From Candidatus Jordarchaeales archaeon (GTDB taxonomy: Archaea > Asgardarchaeota > Jordiarchaeia > Jordiarchaeales > Freyrarchaeaceae), in NCBI GenBank assembly GCA_038858525.1, contig JAWCFL010000006.1, forward strand, positions 30,001 through 62,000: DNA of 32,000 bases, given 5' to 3'. The notes beneath the pieces are model-generated. The model was not told the origin of the DNA. It saw only the letters and a program-made list of their open reading frames with translations, and did no database searches. Each line of letters opens with the position of its first letter. The first letter of the stretch is position 1. The position numbers and the translations under genes were made by a program. Below are positions 25,187 to 32,000 of the stretch, piece by piece.

Positions 25187-27730
25187 ATGAGTGTGTGTTA
25201 CGCTGACCGGTTTTACTCGAAAGACGAAATCTTATCACTTCTCCACCCTAAAGTTGCTAGGTGGTATTCTCGCTTTGAGCCCACTCCTCCCCAGTCGATG
25301 GCTATCCCGCTAATCCACCGCGGCGAGAACGTGCTTATCACCAGCCCGACTGGGACGGGTAAGACGCTTGCAGCCTTCCTCACCATAATGAGCGAGCTCG
25401 CCTTCATGGAGTGGAACGGCGTCCTCGAGGACAAGGTCTACGCCGTCTACGTAAGCCCACTGAGGGCCCTCAACAATGATATAAAGCGTAACCTGCTGTC
25501 CCCCCTTGAGGAGATGGGGCTTGACTTCGTAAGAGTTTCGGTGAGGACGGGGGACACCCCTGCGAACGAGAGGCAAAAAATGCTCAGGAAGCCTCCTCAT
25601 ATACTGATAACGACCCCTGAAACCCTAGCCATAGTGCTTAACGCGACGAGGTTCAGGGACAAGCTTGAGCCGCGCTGGGTCGTAGTCGACGAGATCCACG
25701 CTCTCTTCGAGAGCAAGAGGGGTGCTCACCTTTCGCTTAGCCTCGAAAGGCTAAACCACCAAGCGTCATTTCAGAGGATAGGGCTCTCAGCCACAATATG
25801 GCCTCTCGACGAGGTTGCCCGCTTCCTCGTGGGGGAGGGAAGAAGTTGCGTGGTCGTTAACGCCTCATACGCCAAGGAGAAGGATATAAGGGTTGAAACT
25901 CCCGTCCCGGACCTCGTCCACATTGAAGCGGAGAAGCTTAACAGGGAAATGTATAGAAGGCTGGGCGAGATAATAGACGAGCACAGGACGACGCTCGTCT
26001 TCACGAACACGCGTTCCGGAGCCGAGAAGGTCGCCTTCCACCTTCAGGACAGCGTCGACATAGATGATATCGGAACGCACCACGGTAGCCTCTCGAGGGA
26101 TGTCAGACTGGACGTCGAGGAGAAACTTAAGAACGGCGAGCTCAAGGTGGTTGTGAGCTCTACGAGCCTCGAGCTGGGAATAGACATAGGATACATAGAC
26201 TGCGTCGTTCAGATAGGGTCCCCGAAGAGCATAACGAGGTGTCTTCAGAGGATAGGGAGGGCGGGCCACAGGATAAGGGATGTTTCGAAGGGCGTGCTGC
26301 TATGCATGAGTCACGATGACCTTTTAGAGTGTGCTGTTATGGTTAAGTGCGCCTATGACGGCGTCCTTGACAGGGCTTCCCATCCTCAGAACGCCCTTGA
26401 CGTCCTCGCCCAGCACTTGGTGGGGATGGCTTTAGAGCGGAAGTGGAATGCTGAGGAAGCGTTTAACGTTGTGAGAAGGTCTTACAGTTTCAGAAGCCTC
26501 TCTTGGGATGACTTTGAGAGCGCCCTGAAGTATCTGTCCGGCGGATATGGGCTTGAGCCATACAAGGTTTACGGCAAAGTCTGGTACGACGAGCACGACA
26601 GGGTTTTTGGTAGGCGGGGGAAGTATGCGAGAGTAATATACATGCTCAACCTTGGAACCATACCGGACGAGGTGGCGATAAAGGTTTACGCGCTCCCCGG
26701 CAAGAGATACGTAGGCAACATTGAGGAGGAGTTCCTCGAGAGGCTCGAGCCCGGCGACATATTTGTCCTCGGAGGAAGAGTCTACGAGTTCGTCAGGGCA
26801 AGCGGGCTGAACGCCTACGTTAAAGACGCCAAGGGCAAGAAGCCCACTATACCGTCTTGGTTTAGCGAGATGCTTCCGCTGAGCTTCGACCTAGCGTGCG
26901 AAATTAGGCGCTTCATAGAGAAAGTCTTCAGGGGGGAAATAGGCGAGGAGGAGCTGAAAGAGGAGTACAGGGTTAGCGATTGGGCTGCCAAGGCGATCCT
27001 GAACTTCCTGCGGCTCGAGAAAGAGTTTCTTGGAAAGCTTGGAATAGAGGTTAACGGGAGAAGCCTGCTCGTGGAGGAGTTTGAGGACGAGGATGGAAGG
27101 CAGAACTTTCTGTTCATGTTTCTCTTCGGTAGGCGTGTCAACGATGCCTTATCGAGAGCTTATGCGTGGGTTGCGAGCAGAGAAGTAGGGGCTAACGTTG
27201 GCCTAGCAGTCACCGACCACGGCTTCATGCTCACTGTTCCCCGCAAGAGAAAGCTCGATGTCCGTCTCGTTGTAAGCAAGGTTTCCTCATCCAACCTTAG
27301 AGACGTCCTCTCGAAGGCCATCAGGAGCACTGAAATGTTCAGGAGGAGGTTCCGCCACGTTGCTGCTAGGAGCTTCATGGTTCTCAGAAACTACAAGGGG
27401 CACGAGATAGGGGCTAGAAGACAGATGAGGAACGCGGAGGTCCTCATGAAAGCTGTCTCAGAGTTCGACGGCTTCCCAATAGTAAAAGAGACCGAGAGAG
27501 AAATAATGGAGGACGTCATGGACGTCAAGAACGCCATTGAAGTACTTAAGTCAATAGAAAGAGGGGAGCTGGAGATAATCCACGTCAAAACCCCGGTTCC
27601 CAGCCCATTAGCTCACGGAGTATACCTTTCAGGCCTTTCAGACGTGGTCCTTATGGAGGACAGACTCAAGCTGCTGGAATACCTCTACCAGAGAGTGGTG
27701 GAGGAGTCCTCTTGTGGGGAAAACCACTAG
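25187..27730 (+). CDS. lhr: Archaeal Lhr-family SF2 helicase
   Basis: SPTGTGKT, YVSPLRALNND, TTPE, DEIH, GLSAT, FTNTR, HHGSLS, SLELGID, QRIGRAGH, LDVLAQH. Confidence 0.95.
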   Translation: MSVCYADRFYSKDEILSLLHPKVARWYSRFEPTPPQSMAIPLIHRGENVLITSPTGTGKTLAAFLTIMSELAFMEWNGVLEDKVYAVYVSPLRALNNDIKRNLLSPLEEMGLDFVRVSVRTGDTPANERQKMLRKPPHILITTPETLAIVLNATRFRDKLEPRWVVVDEIHALFESKRGAHLSLSLERLNHQASFQRIGLSATIWPLDEVARFLVGEGRSCVVVNASYAKEKDIRVETPVPDLVHIEAEKLNREMYRRLGEIIDEHRTTLVFTNTRSGAEKVAFHLQDSVDIDDIGTHHGSLSRDVRLDVEEKLKNGELKVVVSSTSLELGIDIGYIDCVVQIGSPKSITRCLQRIGRAGHRIRDVSKGVLLCMSHDDLLECAVMVKCAYDGVLDRASHPQNALDVLAQHLVGMALERKWNAEEAFNVVRRSYSFRSLSWDDFESALKYLSGGYGLEPYKVYGKVWYDEHDRVFGRRGKYARVIYMLNLGTIPDEVAIKVYALPGKRYVGNIEEEFLERLEPGDIFVLGGRVYEFVRASGLNAYVKDAKGKKPTIPSWFSEMLPLSFDLACEIRRFIEKVFRGEIGEEELKEEYRVSDWAAKAILNFLRLEKEFLGKLGIEVNGRSLLVEEFEDEDGRQNFLFMFLFGRRVNDALSRAYAWVASREVGANVGLAVTDHGFMLTVPRKRKLDVRLVVSKVSSSNLRDVLSKAIRSTEMFRRRFRHVAARSFMVLRNYKGHEIGARRQMRNAEVLMKAVSEFDGFPIVKETEREIMEDVMDVKNAIEVLKSIERGELEIIHVKTPVPSPLAHGVYLSGLSDVVLMEDRLKLLEYLYQRVVEESSCGENH

Positions 27731-28419
27731 AGAACCTGGGCCTCATGATAGAAGATGTGGGCGTGCTCGCCGTAGCAGACCTCCACCTGGGTTACGAGGA
27801 CGTGCTGAGGGAAGAAGGCCTCTTTATCACCAGCCAGTACCCCAAAATAAAGGAAATGATCCTCGAAATGATAAACACTCACTCCCCCGACATCCTCATA
27901 ATCAACGGAGACTTCAAACACGAGTTTGGAGAGGCAAGCCTCCAAGAGTGGGTTGAGGTGAGAGACCTCATCGAAGCCCTCCTGAAAGAGAAAGTTAAAC
28001 TCGCATTCATTCGGGGCAACCACGATAACTTCATCGTCACCCTCATGAAGAAATACGAGCTCCCGCTAGAAGTCGAAGTCAAAATAGAAGACTACCTTTT
28101 CCTCCACGGGCACCGCACCCCCTCACAAACCGCCGAAAAAATAGTGATAGGACACGAGCACCCTTCAGTTCTGTTAAGGGACGAGTTCGGGACAAAGTTC
28201 AGGTACAAAGCCTTCCTCATGGGAAACTACGCCGAAAAGGAGCTGGTAGTACTGCCCTCAATGCACCCCCTAGCCACCGGAACCCTGATAAACAAAGAAC
28301 GGGACTACATGTCCCCGCTGCTGAAATTCACAGACGTCGGAGAATTCACACCATACCTGGTTGAGCCAGGAGTTACCGTGAAAAAATTTCCAAAAGTAAA
28401 GAACCTCCGCGACATATGA
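27712..28419 (+). CDS. Metallophosphoesterase (Lhr-associated, ICC-like)
   Basis: ADLHLG, NGDFKH, GNHD, HGH and GHEHP motifs; overlaps the lhr 3' end, a known Lhr-MPE pairing. Confidence 0.9.
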   Translation: MWGKPLENLGLMIEDVGVLAVADLHLGYEDVLREEGLFITSQYPKIKEMILEMINTHSPDILIINGDFKHEFGEASLQEWVEVRDLIEALLKEKVKLAFIRGNHDNFIVTLMKKYELPLEVEVKIEDYLFLHGHRTPSQTAEKIVIGHEHPSVLLRDEFGTKFRYKAFLMGNYAEKELVVLPSMHPLATGTLINKERDYMSPLLKFTDVGEFTPYLVEPGVTVKKFPKVKNLRDI

Positions 28420-28512
28420 CCCAACCAAAAAAGATAAATGAAAAAAATCAGAAAAAATATCGAATGTCATGCGACTTTTAGCAGGCAATTAACCCCTGTG
28501 GGAGGAGGTCTA

Positions 28513-29433
28513 TTGTCGATTGCTATTGAAACTTTCGACTTAACCAAGGTCTACTCGAAGCTTGTCGCCGTCGACAGGCTCAACATTAAAGTTCCTGAGA
28601 AATGTGTCTTCGGCTTTCTTGGCCCGAACGGGGCGGGCAAAACAACCACGGTTAAGATGCTGACAGGCCTCACGCCTCCAACTAAGGGAACCGCTACGGT
28701 CATGGGCTGGGACATAATGTGCGACATGGAGCAAATAAGGAACATCATCGGATTCCTGCCCGAGTACTTCCCTAAGCCAAAGGAGAAAGCTCTAAAATAT
28801 CTCGTCACGCTGGCGAGCTTCAACAGCATGAGAGACAGAAGGAGCCTAAAGAAGCAAGCCGAGGAACTGCTGGAGCTCGTCGGCCTATGGGACGTGAGGA
28901 ACAAGAAGGTTTCCAAGTTCAGCATGGGCATGTTTAAGAGGTGGCTTCTGGCCAACGCCCTCATGGGCGACCCCGAAGTCCTCCTCCTAGACGAGCCAAC
29001 CGCTAACCTAGACCCAATAGGCAGAGCAGAAATACTGGAGTTGACCCGCAATCTCAGCAGGGAGCGCACAGTATTCCTCAACAGCCACGTTCTCCCCGAA
29101 GTCGAAAAAGTAGCAGACCACGTCGCGATAATAAACAAGGGGCGCCTCATAATCCAAGCGAAAATCACCGAACTCAAAAACATAGTCAAAGTGGAAACTC
29201 ACTCATACATCATCAGCAGCGATAACAACGAGAAACTCGCAAACTTCCTCCGAAAAGCAGGCATAGACACAAAAATCACGGACTCAGGAGTAGAAGCATC
29301 AACAAGAGACCCAAAGGAACTCTGGATACGCCTCGTGGAAGCATACCAAGAAACCGGAACGCTCATCTACGAGTTCAAAGAGACCGGAAGAGAACTAGAA
29401 GACATCTTCCTAAAACTAGTTGAAGGTGAATAA
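28513..29433 (+). CDS. ABC-2-type exporter ATP-binding subunit
   Basis: GPNGAGKTT, FSMGM signature, LLLDEPTANLDP, SH switch; TTG 28513 follows a GGAGGAGG RBS. Confidence 0.93.
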   Translation: MSIAIETFDLTKVYSKLVAVDRLNIKVPEKCVFGFLGPNGAGKTTTVKMLTGLTPPTKGTATVMGWDIMCDMEQIRNIIGFLPEYFPKPKEKALKYLVTLASFNSMRDRRSLKKQAEELLELVGLWDVRNKKVSKFSMGMFKRWLLANALMGDPEVLLLDEPTANLDPIGRAEILELTRNLSRERTVFLNSHVLPEVEKVADHVAIINKGRLIIQAKITELKNIVKVETHSYIISSDNNEKLANFLRKAGIDTKITDSGVEASTRDPKELWIRLVEAYQETGTLIYEFKETGRELEDIFLKLVEGE

Positions 29434-29435
29434 AC

Positions 29436-30644
29436 TTGACCTGGCAAATAAGGCTCAAAGCCATGACAAGATATGAAGCCGCAAAATTCGTTAAAGCCCT
29501 CCCACTAAACATCATATTCCTACTAATCGCCTGCTGGGTCTCCTCCTTCTTAACGCAAGGCATAACTGTCAGTATTGACAGTAAATTATCTTATCTAATT
29601 CAAGCATTCATTATAAGAGAAACGAACCCTCCGTCTCCCATTTATTCTTACTTTCATTACTATCTTTCTCAGCTAGATATGGCTTTTGAAGCTTTTAGTT
29701 TCCTTCCAGATCCCCTGAGAGGATACCTTGCACTGGTGTTCTTATTTAGGGGCGATATTGTTCAGGCCTCGTTCGGTATTCAATTTGTTTTTCCTATGTT
29801 TCTAGTATCTATGGTGCCCTTCGCTATGCTTCGCACAAGCAGAATTAAGGGAGACGAGGTTTACCTGTTCGTGAGACTTGACAGAAGCAAGCTTCTAGTC
29901 TTTCGAAGCATAATGAACGCGCTTCTATACTCTCTCCTAGTAACCTTTCTAGTACACATCTCAAAAATATACGTCATAAACAATAATGTTTCACTATATC
30001 TCTTTAGTCCAGTAATTGAGTGGATGACACCCTCACATTCCATCATACTCCCAGTATTTATCTTCCTGCTCTTCATCCAAGCCATCATGGCGCTAATCAA
30101 CATTTACTCTTCCCGTGCAACATTTATCGTTCCATTGTTTTTGCTTATTACTTTCATGTTCCAACAGCTACTGCTGTCCTCTTTAATTTCACAGGTATCA
30201 CCTGAAGTTACGGGTAGAACTATTCTTTCTTTACTTCCAAGTTCAAGCCTTCAATTTCCACCTCAATATCAGTCTCAACAACAGCTTCTACTAATGTTAA
30301 TCCAGCTCCTCATGGCAAGAGAAGCTATTTCCAACTTTTGTTTACTTCCTCTCGGCCAACTTTCAGTGTTAATTCATGCTGCTAGTAGCTTGATGAGTGG
30401 AGTTTGGTGTCTCGCGCTTTTCGACCCAGCCCAGCTTCTCAAGGAAGCCATGATAGTCCTTCCGGACAGCGTGCTCATAGGGCAAGACGTCGGCCTCCTG
30501 CCCCAGGCACTGCAGGTTCTGGTGGTGATCGAATCTATCTCCAAGCCACTATACGATTTGTCGGCAACACTTGCCTACTTACTCTACCCAACAGCGGCTC
30601 TTCTCTCCTTCGCAGCAATAATATTCGGAAGAAAAACAGTATGA
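29436..30644 (+). CDS. Putative ABC exporter permease
   Basis: Multiple hydrophobic segments; starts 2 nt after the ATPase stop. Confidence 0.7.
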   Translation: MTWQIRLKAMTRYEAAKFVKALPLNIIFLLIACWVSSFLTQGITVSIDSKLSYLIQAFIIRETNPPSPIYSYFHYYLSQLDMAFEAFSFLPDPLRGYLALVFLFRGDIVQASFGIQFVFPMFLVSMVPFAMLRTSRIKGDEVYLFVRLDRSKLLVFRSIMNALLYSLLVTFLVHISKIYVINNNVSLYLFSPVIEWMTPSHSIILPVFIFLLFIQAIMALINIYSSRATFIVPLFLLITFMFQQLLLSSLISQVSPEVTGRTILSLLPSSSLQFPPQYQSQQQLLLMLIQLLMAREAISNFCLLPLGQLSVLIHAASSLMSGVWCLALFDPAQLLKEAMIVLPDSVLIGQDVGLLPQALQVLVVIESISKPLYDLSATLAYLLYPTAALLSFAAIIFGRKTV

Positions 30645-30691
30645 AGCAAGTTGAAGTGAGCTAGAGCCCCTGGAAGCGAGTTCGTTTATCG

Positions 30692-30705
30692 GGTGTTGCA
30701 ACACC
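30692..30705. promoter_or_regulatory. Perfect 14-bp palindrome, possible operator or hairpin
   Basis: GGTGTTGCAACACC in the intergenic region between the permease and the P-loop gene; TTTAAATA follows at 30800. Confidence 0.35.
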
Positions 30706-30821
30706 GTAGGAGCAGGGTGGCATATGCCTTAAGTGTATGTGCCTCGTCTTCCAAAGTCGCCTGATAGCTGTGAGTTTAAACTTTGAATTCTCGGAATGCT
30801 TTAAATAAACAGTGCCCCCTC

Positions 30822-31742
30822 ATGTTCAGACCGGTGAGCGGCTTGTTTTCCGTTTTCGTCTTCGGTCTTATCCCTGAGTCCTCCGGGAAGACGACGGTGT
30901 GTATGGCTGTCGCTAGAGGTTTGCGTCTCCGAGGGTGGAATGTGGGAGCTTTTAAGCCTAGGTCCGGGCACAGTTACTGGTATCACCATGACATATACGT
31001 TAAGTGCCGTGGGGAGGGGCGCCTTTACTCGTGGGACATACTGCGTCTTTCCCATGCATGCGAATACGTCCTTTTTCCGCTTGAAGTCCTCAACCCAGTT
31101 GACGCGCTCTTTAGCCCACCTGACAGGCTTACCCTTGACCCACACCTCGTTGAGGTTCACTTCGCCAACCCGTTTTTCGAGCTCGTCGCTGAGCGCTACA
31201 CCCTGCTGAATGACACACCCCAAGTTACCATTTGCCTAAATGGCGTAAACCTCGAAACGGATAACCTCCTCTTCAAGGACTGGAGCTACATTGAAGAGCT
31301 CAAGAGGAAAGCCGGCAGAGTAATCGTGGTCGAAAGCCTCGAGGAGTGGAACGAAGTTTACTCCCGCTACGCGCCTCTAGCCATAAGAAGCTGTTACGGT
31401 GCGGTCTGCCGGAGAAGCGATGTGGTCGTGGTGGAAGGCTTCAACGACGCGGTGTGCCCCGACCCGGAGTTGAGCTTCGACTTGGCTCTCGGAGTCTCAC
31501 CAGGAGCAGTCTTCATGTATGACGGAGAGCGTCTCAGGACGGCGGTTGAAGCGGCCGCCACATCCTCAAGGGATCCGAGGAATCTTGAGGCGAGAAGCGT
31601 AATAGACCTCCTGAAGCCTGAAGCCGCCATTAAGACCCCGGTCCTCACTTCGCGAGACGTAGCCGACAGCGACAAGTTAGCCTTAAAACTAGGTGAGTTG
31701 GTCGACAAGGTAGAGGAAAAAATGAAGCAGATCGCTATATGA
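30822..31742 (+). CDS. P-loop NTPase, dethiobiotin synthetase/CobQ-like archaeal family
   Basis: FVFGLIPESSGKTT, GAFKPRSGH.YW, DVVVVEGFND. Start uncertain (30822 or GTG 30834). Confidence 0.75.
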   Translation: MFRPVSGLFSVFVFGLIPESSGKTTVCMAVARGLRLRGWNVGAFKPRSGHSYWYHHDIYVKCRGEGRLYSWDILRLSHACEYVLFPLEVLNPVDALFSPPDRLTLDPHLVEVHFANPFFELVAERYTLLNDTPQVTICLNGVNLETDNLLFKDWSYIEELKRKAGRVIVVESLEEWNEVYSRYAPLAIRSCYGAVCRRSDVVVVEGFNDAVCPDPELSFDLALGVSPGAVFMYDGERLRTAVEAAATSSRDPRNLEARSVIDLLKPEAAIKTPVLTSRDVADSDKLALKLGELVDKVEEKMKQIAI

Positions 31743-31743
31743 G

Positions 31744-31944
31744 CTAAAATCCTAGCTCCACGGCGTCATACTTACACTGCACCTTGCACGCGTAACACTC
31801 CATGCAGGCGTCCTCATTAACCACCACAACCTTCCTGTTCTTCTTATCAATGGAGAAGCAGCCCGCAGGGCAAACACTTAAACAAACACCACACCTAATA
31901 GCACCCACACACCGCCCAGCATTAATCCTGACTTTACCAACCAA
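31744..31944 (-). CDS. 4Fe-4S dicluster ferredoxin
   Basis: CVGAIRCGVCLSVCP and CMECYACKVQC motifs; TTG 31944 follows a GGAGG RBS. Confidence 0.88.
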   Translation of the reverse strand: MVGKVRINAGRCVGAIRCGVCLSVCPAGCFSIDKKNRKVVVVNEDACMECYACKVQCKYDAVELGF

Positions 31945-32000
31945 GGTAACGCCTCCAATGAACACCCACAAACCAACACTTAAAACCTATCCTTATACCA

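Noticed and set aside
23854-30741. Shared 14-mer CTTAAGTGTATGTG at 23854 and 30728
   Set aside because: One 14-mer match is expected by chance in 32 kb, and the similarity does not extend.
1-32000. tRNA/rRNA genes and the remaining short overlapping ORFs
   Set aside because: No cloverleaf or rRNA signature was seen by eye. The other ORFs are antisense or alternative-frame shadows of supported genes, or fragments of the pseudogenes listed.

Overview
Archaeal chromosomal window. The Rab-like GTPase, three roadblock/LC7 genes and an MglA-type GTPase point to an Asgard-type archaeon (inference). Housekeeping and signalling genes: partial DUF72, SPL-like radical SAM, PAC2, Rab-like GTPase, enoyl-CoA hydratase, nucleotidyltransferase, GlmU, roadblock x2/MglA/roadblock, YjjX, M24 peptidase, HerA-like ATPase, Lhr with metallophosphoesterase, ABC exporter, P-loop NTPase and ferredoxin. 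These flank an accessory zone (about 11.9-25 kb) holding two decayed IS607 (tnpA/tnpB) elements, a peptidase pseudogene, a 7-bladed beta-propeller surface protein, a KEEKV-repeat protein and a VapBC-type module. The most notable observation is a pair of related, ORF-less 246 and 274 bp elements (18976-19221 on +, 23881-24154 on -). Both are bounded by CCT and share collinear motifs: CAGTTTC, a TTTAAATAGA TATA box, a GGAAGCATGGCTTCCTA hairpin, ACCTTCAGATG and a terminal TCAGAAYCCT. They look like minimal promoter + TnpB reRNA cassettes. One has inserted into the tnpB gene of a different IS607, so its predicted guide is tnpB sequence. All calls come from reading the sequence by eye; no searches or folding programs were run.
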